Source: Octopus bimaculoides (Eukaryota). From it: a stretch of 64,000 nucleotides of DNA. This document shows positions 40,151 through 51,799 of the stretch, one piece after another. The stretch is taken from positions 85,389,762-85,453,761 of the forward strand of contig NC_068983.1 in NCBI RefSeq assembly GCF_001194135.2. Reading direction: 5' to 3'. The position numbers and the translations under genes were made by a program. Position 1 is the stretch's first letter. Every line of letters starts with the position of its first letter. The notes under the pieces are model-generated. The model was not told the DNA's origin, ran no database searches, and saw nothing but the letters and a program-made list of their open reading frames with translations.

Positions 40151-41205
40151 ATTACACATGCATACATATATTATGCATATATATTTAACACACATGCACA
40201 CATACATATATGTTACATGTGCATACATGTGTGTGTGTGTGTGTGTGTATACATATATGTGTATGTGTGTGTGAGAGTTATATACATACAGGTGATAAAA
40301 ATGTAGAGTTATTTTTATGTTGAATGTCTCGTTATTCACAAAAAGAATTAGCTCATTGTGTACAAAGAAGTAGACTGGGGGTGGGGGGAATCATGCTTCA
40401 CCAACTACAATACAAGGAATTTAGATGTCGTAGAACACCGACAGTAGGAACTGGCTCTACTTCCATCAGCAGCCATACAATGAGTGATATATACCTTGAA
40501 CATTAACAGTTTATACATTCAATCAACTTCCTTTCAGACCACAAACTATGAAGAGTCACTTACTATTAATGGTGAATTGAAGATGATATTACAAATCAGA
40601 AAATTATTCAAAGTTTTTATCAACTTCATGCTCCCACAGCAGCTTCGGATTGCAAGAAACCATGTAACATCATAACAATGGAATATTTTCCCTCAAGTAG
40701 GAAGCAAATATATAAACATATCCTCCTTGAAAAACATATCTATGCATGCATGCATGCGTGTATGTATGTATGTATATATGTTTGTATGTCTGTATTTATG
40801 TATGTGTGTGTATGTGTATGTGTGCATGTATGTATATGAATAATCTATATTTAACTTTGAAGAATTGTGAATTGAGTGCCAACATGAATACAGCTTGCCA
40901 ACAAGCAAATAAATATAACTTTTTCATCACTAGCTATATCAACAGTGCACATTTATATCTTCATTAAATGAAGGCTACTCTTATATCTGAGGAGACGGAG
41001 AAGCAAAAAACATTTCAAAAATTTGCCATCACTGAAGTCGCTAACGTTGTGTATGGCTGAGAAGAGATATTACTGCTAAGGGTATCTAAACATGGAAAGC
41101 ATTTCCTTCGTTCTTATATTCTATGTAAGCAGACCTATTCATGCAATAAATAACTCACACAACACCAAAATTCCTGCACCAACAAAACACTTTAAAACAT
41201 CAATA

Positions 41206-41373
41206 GGGTCAGGTGTGGCTGTTATGGTAAGAAGCTTGCTCCCCAACCACATGGTCCAGGTTCAGTCCCACTGTGTGGCACCCCAGGCAAGTGTCTTCTA
41301 CTATAGCCCTATAGCCTTGGATCAACCAAAGCCTTGTGAGCAGAATTGGTAGGCAGAAACTGAAAGAAGCCCG

Positions 41374-41427
<54 letters not shown>

Positions 41428-41612
41428 ATGTATCTTTGTTTGTCCCCTGCCACCACTTGACAACCGGTGTTGGTTTGTTTACATCCCCATAATTTAATGT
41501 TTGGCAAGAGGACACCAGTAGAATAAGTGCCAGTGGGAGTGATTCATTTGACTAAAAGTTCTTCAAGTTGATGCCCCAGCATGGCCGCAGCCTAGAGACT
41601 AATATAAGACAG
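41206..41612 (+). mobile_element. SINE family A
   Basis: Full copy with internal (TG)n. A 5' half-copy follows at about 41992-42150. Confidence 0.85.
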
Positions 41613-41635
41613 AAGATAAATATCTTACTTCTTAC

Positions 41636-41670
41636 CAATGAGCACCAATTCCATCCTCTCCCACCAAATT
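41636..41670 (-). CDS. Possible small exon (frame ambiguous)
   Basis: Acceptor ...CATACACTGTTTTTAG, donor TTG/GTAAGA; all three frames are open. Confidence 0.3.
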
Positions 41671-42602
41671 CTAAAAACAGTGTATGTCAATATAATAAAA
41701 CAATCAGTGTAACAAGGAGACAAATCAGGATTGAAGCTGATTTGCATACAGAATGATACCTACTTCAGGCCCCTAACGCTCATACTTAAAAAATTAAAAC
41801 TCATCATCACCATCATTGTTCCACCATCCACTTTCACATGCTGGTTTTCTACAGTTGGATGCCCTTCCTGTCATCAGCTCTCACTTGTTTCCAAGCAAAG
41901 TAATATTTTCCCATGCCCAGACATGATCTTGCAGAATGTTGGAAATGAATGATATTCATTAACAACAATAAGAGAATGTCAAGTAAAGGAGACACAGGCG
42001 TGGCTGTGTGGTAAGAAGTTTGCTTTCCAATCACATGGTTTCGGGTTCAGCCCCACTGCATGGCACCTTGGGCAAGAGTCTTCTACTATAGCCTCATGTC
42101 AATGAAAGCCTTGAGTGGATTTGGTAGACGGAAACTGAAAGAAGCCACACACACACACACATATATATATATGTCTATATAACTTGGATAAATTAAGAAA
42201 AGGAGTCAAACACAATGATTTGAATAACACCTGCGTTTGACTCCATTTCTTAATTTATCCATGTGATACAAAAACATTTCACTTAACCCTGGAATTTCTA
42301 CCTTTATAAGCAGGCTGTAATATCCTTGGCACTTATGTGAATTTTTGCTACCCTGGTAACTATTTATTTTTTCCTTGTTATTTGTACACATTGAAAAAAT
42401 ACACATATACATTTATATNNNNNNNNNNNNNNNNNNNNNNNNNNNNNNNNNNNNTAATATCAGGAAATCAATATTAGAAAATTCATCAGAAAGATATATA
42501 CGTGTGTAGAATAATTTTGTATTAAAAATATATATAAAAATATATGTAAATATGTATAAGTATAAATATAACAGGTTAAAAGTTTTGAATTAAGTTTTAA
42601 AG

Positions 42603-42694
42603 CATCTTATGATCGTTTCGCAGAAGTGCTGTCCTAATAATGGAATCCTATATTGATAAGCATTTATAGACAATTCTTCTGTTCTTCAGATATA
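42603..42694 (-). ncRNA. Degenerate type I hammerhead ribozyme motif (second copy)
   Basis: Minus strand: CTGAAGA-ACAGAAG...CTTCTGC-GAAACGATC-ATA-AGATG. The GUC triplet has decayed to AUA. A half copy (CTGAGGA-GCAGAAG) lies at about 42955-43012. Confidence 0.6.
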
Positions 42695-43633
42695 AACTTT
42701 GAATTTTGTATAACTTATCAAATGGTAGTTTTTTTTTAAATATGAAGTAATATGATAAAAAGGTGTTTGTTTGAAATATAAATTAAAGATTAAAAATTAC
42801 TGCCTTTGATTTTGGTAAGTACACTTTAGTATGAGACTTTAATCCATATATTCTTCCTTGGTTGGTCTTCTGTAATAATCCATAAAAGTTATGTGTAAAA
42901 TCCATTATATTATCCTGTATTCCAAATATAGTTCATAGACTTAGATAATATAGAATAATGGAATCCTATATTGATAAGCATTTATAGACAATTCTTCTGC
43001 TCCTCAGAAATATCAAATGTGAAATTTGTATAATGTAACGAATGGTAGTTTTTTTTTTTAATTTATGAAGTAACATGGGAAAATGTTGTTTGTTTGAAAT
43101 ATAAATTAAAATTTACTACTTTTGATTTTGATAAGTAGACTTTAGTATGAGAATCTTGAAATTCATATACGCCTCTTAGGTAATTCTTCTGTAGTAATCC
43201 ATAATAATTATGTATAAAATCCATTACATTGTCCTGTATTCCAAATATAGTTCATAGACTTAAATAATATAATGTGAAATTATATGTGAGGTTATAAAAT
43301 TATAAATTGGTCAATATTTCTTTTATATTTTTTGTTTTTATAATTGGAAGATTCCAATTAAAATTTTTAGATTTTTAAATTTAATGCAATTATAACTGTC
43401 CATTTGTTATAGATTAGATATGCACGGGTTCTAATTCCAAGAGTATCAGTTCAATCTTTATTTAATGTATAATTTAAGTCATGTAAATGATCGTATAGTC
43501 AAATAATTCTAATTAATTTATCTATCAATCTATTTTTAAGTATCACCTTATATTTTGATATCACAAAACAAAACAAAAAAAAAAACGTATATGTAGTCAC
43601 TAATCTAAATCTTTATTAAATCTCCTATAATAT

Positions 43634-44580
43634 TTAAAGGCTTTTATAAAACCTATGTCTACATGTTGAAAGTGCTTCTGATTGACAATTTATTAAGTTC
43701 TTATGTTTATATAATAATATATATAGTGATTCCTTCATACAGAGATGGCAACTATTAGATTTATGTGTGTATGGTATGGCTGAATCCATTATTGACCAAT
43801 CTAATTTATAGTTAACTTTGTTTTTCTTAAGTTTATGTATATATGTAGCTAATGATGTCGTATTGGTAGTTATGTTTGGTTTAAATGAGTGTATATGTGC
43901 TAAAAATCTTTGTTTAAAATTAACGGAACTACTTACATATACCATACTATGTACATTATCAATTAATGTAACTATGCATTTGTATATTACGTTAAATCTT
44001 CTACAATAGCCTTTTAAAGGGCATAATTTTTTATTTTTACATGAGCAGTTTTTATTTTTATTCTTATATTTCTGTTCAGATGAATATTGTCTACTATTGT
44101 TATGATTATTTCTGGTGTCTGTTATTACTATTGAGTTTATTGTAGTATTATTTATCGCAGAGTTAGATACATTTATTGTTTGTGAATTATTATTTTTATT
44201 TTTATTAGCTTGTGGTATTGTGTTATCCAAGGCATTTTGTATATTTTCGAATGTATGGTAGTTAGAATTTTGCTGGGGTTTTGTTATATCAATATTATTG
44301 TTAGGTGTTCCAGTATTTTGTGTATTACATATACTCCTATTGCTACTATTATTATTATTGGTATTGTTATTGTTATTATTATTAGAGCTGTTTTTATATT
44401 TGTTAATTTTTCTTTTATTACAATAAGCAATAGTAGATCCTATGTTTGGTGTTGTAGAGAAGGATATTTTAATTTTTGATCTATTAAATATGTGGTGATA
44501 CTTGTGATTCCTAGGGAAATTACTTTTAACTATATTTAAAAACTTTTTTGCTAAACCTCTAAAATTTAATGAAAATGGAG
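43634..44580 (-). CDS. Penelope-like element ORF, C-terminal part (linker + GIY-YIG endonuclease); RT domain absent
   Basis: Open frame PPFSLNF...KFLNIVKSNFPRNHKYHHIFNRSKIKISFS...CSCKNKKLCPLKGYC...VIYKC...YVSSSVNFKQRF..H..SF...LDWSI...CHLCMKE...LINCQSEALSTCRH. This matches, from recall, the Neptune-type PLE post-RT linker, Cys cluster and GIY-YIG domain. The upstream 'N-terminus' in the ORF track is microsatellite. Confidence 0.85.
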
Positions 44581-44649
<69 letters not shown>

Positions 44650-44666
44650 CACACACATATATACAT

Positions 44667-44899
44667 AGGCGGTGAGCTGGCAGAAACGTTAGCATGCCGG
44701 GCGAAATGCTTAGTGGTATTTCGTCTGCCGCTACATTCTGAGTTCAAATTCCGCTGAGGTCGACTTTGCCTTTCATCCTTTCGGGGTCGATTAAATAAGT
44801 ACCAGTTACGCACTGAGGTAGGTATAATCGACTTAATCCGTTTGTCTGTCCTTGTTTGTCCCCTCTGTGTGTAGCCCCTTGTGGGTAGTAAAGAAATAA
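44667..44899 (+). mobile_element. SINE family B, young alternative-tail subfamily; ~15-bp TSD
   Basis: CACACATATATACAT (44652-66) / CACGCATATATACAT (44900-14). The 3' ~70 nt are nearly identical to the 19731-19961 copy. Confidence 0.9.
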
Positions 44900-45025
44900 C
44901 ACGCATATATACATATACATACATACATATATACATACATATATACACATATATATACACATATATATGCACATATATATACACACACATACATATATAC
45001 ATATACACACATATGAATATATATC

Positions 45026-45059
<34 letters not shown>

Positions 45060-45485
45060 TACGTGCACACACATATACACAAACATATATATATACATAT
45101 ATATATATACATAACTTTTATAAGTAATATTCTAAAAGAATATATAACTGAACTTATATTGAGTGCTCAATTATTTTGAGCAAATAAATGTGTATATATG
45201 TGTTTTTATATTATTAATAAATTCATAAACTTATTAATAATATACTCAGCAAATCAGTATTTAATATTTCGAAAGATATATATCCAATACGACATGGTAA
45301 TATAATAAATTTAAAATTTAAAATATAAATATACGAAATATAAATATAAATATGTATAAAAATATGAACGTAGATAAATATACGTGTGAATATAAATGCG
45401 TATAAAAATTTATGCGTAATTAAGCATGAATATTGTAAAGTCTAAAATATAAAATATAAAAAAACCTAAAATTTAAAGAATTAGA

Positions 45486-45573
45486 CATCTGACGATCGTT
45501 TCGCAGATATTACTATAATCACAAAGTGATCAAAAGATAAGCTTACTATCAGTAATTCCGCTCTTCGGAGATG
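45486..45573 (-). ncRNA. Type I hammerhead ribozyme motif (Penelope pseudo-LTR type)
   Basis: Minus strand reads CATCT (stem I) - CCGAAGA (CUGANGA core with U4C) - GCGGA.ATTACT...AGTAAT.A.TCTGC (stem II) - GAAA - CGATCG (palindromic stem III, ACGATCGT) - TC (GUC cleavage triplet) - AGATG (stem I partner). Confidence 0.8.
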
Positions 45574-45653
45574 AATTAAGAACCAATGGTATATATATAA
45601 TATTAATTAGAACATTAGAAATATTAAAAAATTAAAAATAATAATAAAATATA

Positions 45654-45876
45654 TAGGGGTGATGTGGTTACAGAAATTATCTGACAGCCATGACTGGGTT
45701 CTCCTGCTTGTGTGGCATGATGCAATGCAGAGTCCTGTTGTCAAACATAGGGTCTTCCAGTAGCGACCCTCTTGACCCAGGGCAGCATTACCTCCTCTCC
45801 TCCAAGTACTTGATGAAAGCCGCCGTGTTAAGAGTGAGGCCGTATGGGAAGATGAATGGAGGCATAACGTCACCAT
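45654..45876 (-). repeat. 223-bp inverted duplicate of maT segment 46470-46692
   Basis: Reverse complement is identical to 46470-46692 except for about 2 substitutions, and it carries the same frameshifting lesions. Confidence 0.95.
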
Positions 45877-45880
45877 ATAT

Positions 45881-45939
<59 letters not shown>

Positions 45940-46071
45940 CACAAACATATGTATATACATATATATACACACATATATATGCATATATATATATATATAT
46001 ATATATACATACACATATATGACACATATATACACACACATATATACATATATATATACACACATATACAT

Positions 46072-46104
<33 letters not shown>

Positions 46105-46188
46105 TACACAAATACACACACATACATATACTCATATATATATATATACACACACACATACATATACTCATATATATATATACACACA

Positions 46189-47040
46189 CAAGGTGTGATG
46201 GGTAAATTGTCATTTCTATACTTTTAATTTCACTCATGCGCATTGTTTGTTTTTGAGTTTGTTGATAACACAGTACAGTAGGGTCAGTTATGCCAGAAAT
46301 TTGGAAACGACATGCTGTACTGCTTGGCATTCATGCCAGAAGCTCCAATACAAACAGATGGTGAACACACAGAACGACCATTGGCTTCCCATGTCCTAAA
46401 AACATGTATCAAGAGTGATAAAAATCAAAGATCCAGTCAACATCATGATGATTGGAATGATCACTAGTAATGGTGATGTTATGCCTCCATTCATCTTCCC
46501 ACACGGCCTCACTCTTAACACGGCGGCTTTCATCAAGTACTTGGAGGAGAGGAGGTAATGCTGCCCTGGGTCAAGAGGGTCGCTACTGGAAGACCCTATG
46601 TTTGACAACAGGACTCTGCATTGCATCATGCCACACAAGCAGGAGAACCCAGTCATGGCTGTCAGATAATTTCTGTAACCACATCACCCCTAACATCTGG
46701 CCACCTAACTCTCCAGACTGCAACACCCTTAATTATCATGTGTGGAGCACAGTTGAGTGAAGACCAGCAAAATTCCTTTTAACACTAAAGATGAACTGAA
46801 GGCAAGGATTATGGCAGCATTCACCAACTTAAACAAAGAGACCATCCAGAAGAGTTTCAGGAAATTCCAAAGTGGTCTGGAGGCCATGGTTGAAGCCAAT
46901 GGTGATGTTATTGAATAAATTTACTCTTTAGTATTTCAAGAGATTTTTAATTCAATTTTGATAAATATATCTGTTAAAATGAGATGTCAGTGTTATTATA
47001 ATTTTTGCGTAATTTAGACGACAATATATTCACCATACCC

Positions 47041-47042
<2 letters not shown>
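46189..47042 (+). mobile_element. Internally deleted Tc1/mariner-superfamily DD37D (maT-type) transposon
   Basis: Frameshifted transposase fragments: [59 protein letters not shown] (37 residues between the 2nd D and the 3rd catalytic position), NTKDELKARIMAAFTNLNK, LEAMVEANGDVIE*. Imperfect TIRs (CAAGGTGTGATGGGTAAATTGTC / CAGGGTATGGTGAATATATTGTC). Confidence 0.85.
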
Positions 47043-47105
<63 letters not shown>

Positions 47106-47827
47106 CACACATACGTATGTAGATATGTAGATATGGGATTGAACATGAAACCATGTGGTTGAGAAGCAAACTTCTTAACTAGATAGCCACACCAGTGCTT
47201 ATAATTAAAAATACATACATGTTTTCTAAATCAGCCAGTTCTTCTATACTAAAGAAGGACTCTATTTTGTCAATTCAAATGACATGGTATAGGTGCCAGC
47301 AGTTCAATGTATAATCCGTGTCCCCAAAGAAGCAAAATTGCAATTGAACAGAAACTTACATGAAGAGAAATACCTATTATTACACACCAAACATGGAAAT
47401 GCCTTACGTTCATATTACTCTTCTATTTAAACTGTTTGCAATACCATAAATGCAATACAGATCAAAAGACTATTGCAGATCAATCAAAGTTATTGCAGAA
47501 TTCCATTTGAAAGACTCATGGAAAACAAAACGAGTAATTGACAAGAATCATAAACTATTAAACAGTAACAAAAAGCAATTGTTTTATTATTAGATGCTCT
47601 CTTTAAAACACCCTAGCATTCTGAACAGTGCCAGAATGATGGAACAGGAAATTGCAGAGCAAATGTCCAATGTAAACACTTGTTTGATTTTATCTATGAA
47701 GATTAATATTATTTTAGCAAATAAATTTTGAGTGTATTGAGTAAATACAACAATAGTAGCTGACGAAAAAGCTTTCCATGATAGTACCTCAATAATCAAA
47801 ATGATATTCCACTTTGTTGATACGGAG

Positions 47828-47858
<31 letters not shown>

Positions 47859-49009
47859 AGCATATATGTGTGTGTGTATGCATATATGTGTATGTGTGCA
47901 TATGTGTGTGTGTGTGTGCATGTGTGTGTGAGAATGTGTGTGTGTGTGCATATATGTGTGTGTGTATTCATATACAAATGTATGTTTGTATATATGTATA
48001 AATACATGCACACATAAGTATATACACACAGGTACACACACACATGCTGACACATGCATACACAAACACACACATACATACACACACACACCTTTTGCAC
48101 ACAAACATGTATATGCTGTCTCAAAGCACACGTGGAAATGCAACAAGTCTAACAAGATGAATGCAATCTTCACACTGAGATGAGAAAAGAGACACCGAGC
48201 AAGCACACAAGCAAGGGAGACAGAAATCAAGTAAAACCAAGGAAAGCACTGCAATATGCATAATATTGATTCAAAAGTTATACGAAGAGCAGCATATAGC
48301 CTACAGCAAGAAAAGTACATCAGACCCTTAACCAAAATCCTTAAGCATTTTAGAGAGCAAGAAAATCAATTGTATACAGCAAGGGTTACCAGTGTAACCC
48401 CAGAACGGATATCTATACAGATCTTCTATCATAGCTATCATCCAAGTTATGAATATTTAGCAGCCAGAATAGAAATATCATGTTACATCGATTAGAGAAC
48501 AAGAGACGTGGAAAGGAAGCAATTTACAGTTGTTTTTGATGAAGAGCCAAGTAGAGGTTCCAAAAAATTGCTCCATGTATGAATAAGCTGGCTCAAAGCA
48601 TTGAAGTGGCAAACACAAGGAAAGCTTAGAATACTTGAAAATGTAGACCAAAAATCAAACTGCCAACCAATTGAAAATGTTAACTAAATAAATGCTGAAA
48701 GTAAAAAAGTGAAACAGCAAAAAAAATTTTAAAAAGCTTTTTGTGTGCGTGCATATATGGGTACACACACAAATGTGTTAAAAGTAAGTGGGTATATAGA
48801 CATAAATGTGTACTCAAGAAGTTTGTTTAACAAACAATAAGTCCTGATTTTGCTCCTCAGTTTGAGCAAATGCCTTCTTCCTTAACCTTCAGTCAGTGCA
48901 ATACTGTGGATGGTATTACATTGGTGGAAACTGCAGAAATTTGTCAGAAGGACTGAAGTTGTAATTGAAAGAGCTAGTCTTGTAAATACTGTATTCTGTT
49001 CACTGCCCG

Positions 49010-49295
49010 GTGATTAACAATACCATAGCTGGCTCCAAGCCTGGTTGAGAAAGGGAGAGGTTGTAGGTGTAGGGTTAGCAATACTGCACTACCAATTTTC
49101 TACATATGAAACCAGTCCTGGAAAGGGGTGAGTCCTCAAGGGACTACATATGAGGCAAAGTCGTGAAAGTCAAAATGAAGAAGTATTGGCAAGCAACTAC
49201 ACCTGGGTGCAACTCCAATCTATTGCCAAAGATCAAGATAGATGGAGAACTCTTATTGGCACCCGATGCTCCACATAAAGCCAAGAGAATTAAAA
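49010..49295 (+). mobile_element. RTE-clade LINE 3'-end fragment
   Basis: Translates as ...YTWVQLQSIAKDQDRWRTLIGTRCST*, resembling RTE ORF C-termini (TW...LAQDR..WR..V...C). Confidence 0.55.
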
Positions 49296-51741
49296 AGAAG
49301 ACCTCATGATTATATTTTATAAAATAATTTATAAACTGAAGTAAACAATCATTAATTCATGTCTAATCTTGGAAATTAGTAAAGTCACTGCTAATGTAAA
49401 ATATGAAAATGCAAATACAACCTTAGATTTCAAGGGAGTTTTTTTAAGAGTCAGTGCTTGGTTAATGTAGCATGGATGAAGCAACAGAAATAAAAAAAAT
49501 TCTCGGGTAACTGATCATTCTCATAATCAATTATGAACAACCAGATAAACTGAAGATGTGTAGAATAATGGGTTCTGTTGAGAAACACAAGACACAAATT
49601 TGAACTCATATCCTAGGAGCAAATACTTTATCTAATAGCTTATCCCTTTAGTTTTCTCACTTTTACATTAGTAAGAATGTACACTGATCAAATAAAAGCA
49701 GAAAAGGCAGCAGCCATGACCTCTCAGAATTCATGTGAAGGATTACAACACCAGGAGGTGATGTTAAGCCAAATGACAGATTAAAGCTACCACCAAAGGT
49801 CCATCCAAAAAGAGCTTCCACACATTTTGTATCCACCTAGTTTCATTCACAAAGTCTGAGGTGACATATCACTGTAGCAAAAGACACTTGTCCAAGATAG
49901 CACTTTGTGAGATCAAATCTAGAACCTTTTGATTGTGAAGTAAACTTTTTAACCATACAGAACTATTGCAATTAACCTCCAAGGAAATATTATAAAAGTT
50001 CCAGATTACAAGTATATATTTGAATTTATCTGTTGGTTTAAGTAGCTATAGGCCAAGAGAAAGAACCCTGCCACAAACTCTACAATTTAAAAATGTCACA
50101 CATATATAAATGTTTACATAAACATACACAAGCCCACAAATACATTTCTTACAAAGATATATGTTGTATATTCCAACATACAAGTTGAATTTTTCAGACC
50201 AAAATTTACAGCCAAGATAAATTACACACCAAGATAACTTTGGAGGACCAAAACTTCTATGGAAAATGCAGCAGGATTTGGAAAGATAGTGATGATGCTT
50301 GAATGTTTACCCTACATTTTTATACTACACTGACTTGTATGTTGGAAAATACAGTATGCCTGCAAGAACACAATCACAAGAATACAAACATACATGCATG
50401 CACACACACACACACAGAGAGTCTAAATCATTTAAGGATAAACTCACTCAGTGAAAATGTGTACAGTAAAGAAGCTAATAATGATAATTTACTCATATCA
50501 GCACAGAGCTATGAATTTATTGTGGTAGTGGATTGTCAAATAAATTCCCCCCCCCCCNNNNNNNNNNNNCGATTTGTCTGGCAGTTATTTTATCAAACCC
50601 AAAAGGATGACAGATGAAGGAGACCCTAATAGGATTTTGAGCAAAAGAGAAAGGGGAAATAAACATAACTCAAATTGCTCAATTCATTTTGTTTGAGTTT
50701 CTAATGATTCTATCATTCACTGCCTTATTTTATTGAGTCAACAAAAGAACAGCTAACATGGTCACTAGATTTGCTAAAAATAACAGTCAAATAGCCATTA
50801 ATTCACACCTTATCGTCTTAAAAAAAAGCCTGTACATTCAAAAAGATGGGGCAGTTATCTATGATCAAAGATGTTATATTTGGTCAGAGACTTGCATGAT
50901 CAAAGTTGACCTGGACATAAACTGCACTAATTAAAAACACCCTTACAATCAGACAGGGGAGCCTCTATGTAGTTGTTTAGTTTGTAAAAACAGAAGTGAA
51001 ATTTCACACACTGTCACTTTAAGAAGTTACATAAAGTAGCCATAAACACTCCTAGAGAAATTAGATGGTCATAACTGGAATCCCATGGATCATAGGTTTG
51101 TTTGATCACTGCAGACCTGGGACTAACAACTTTATAACAGTAACATCTTTCAACACCAATTTCTTAGCCTTCAACTGCACAACAACACCCTCTCAATGAG
51201 ATAGTCAATCATCAACCAGAGATTTTGCTGATTGCTACCTGTTTTATTGACTATGGGGAAAGTGAAAGTTAAAGAATACCCAAGTAGAAGTTCAACCCAG
51301 AATACCAGAGTGTTTTTTTATGTGTTACTTGTTTCAGTCAATGGACTGCAGCCATGCTGGATGACCACTTTGAAAGGTTTTAATCGAACAAATAGACATC
51401 AGTACTTCATTTTTTTTTTTTAAGCTTGACACCTATCTTTTTGCTCTCTTTTGACAAACTGCAAAGAGACAGGAACATAAACAAACTAACACTGATTGTC
51501 AAGCAGTGTGAGGTGGGGGGGGAGCACAAGCCTTACCATCTTAAAGAGAGAGAGAAAAAGAATGAGAGAGAGAAAAAGAAAGAGAGAGAGAAAAAGAAAG
51601 AGAGAGAGTGAGATGTTCGACGTAATCAAAAATCATTTCTGATCTTTTTGATGACCAAGGACGGATATTGATGTGTATGAGTCTTTTTTCAAATGCATTT
51701 CTGGAGAACTGAATATGCAAATTTCGCTTCCATTGTCTTAC

Positions 51742-51799
51742 CCATTTTGTCCCATCTAAATTTTTTCTTTATATGCTCAAAGAGAATGGAGGTCATTTT
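51742..51799 (-). CDS. Possible exon (KMTSILFEHIKKKFRWDKM)
   Basis: GTTATTTTAG acceptor, donor TGG/GTAAGA, open frame; lies in a CpG-retaining pocket. Confidence 0.3.

Larger units (their letters stand above)
42455..45620 (-). mobile_element. Penelope-like retroelement remnant with hammerhead-bearing pseudo-LTR segments, interrupted by a SINE and microsatellites
   Basis: GIY-YIG ORF; related AT-rich segments at 42455-42700 and 45130-45600 that share the GATCGTTTCGCAGA motif; about 315-bp tandem repeat at 42638-43265. Confidence 0.7.

Noticed and set aside
48256-48495. 79-aa plus-strand ORF (MHNIDSKVIRR...)
   Set aside because: No splice signals or recognisable motif; at most a very decayed LINE fragment, which I cannot support.
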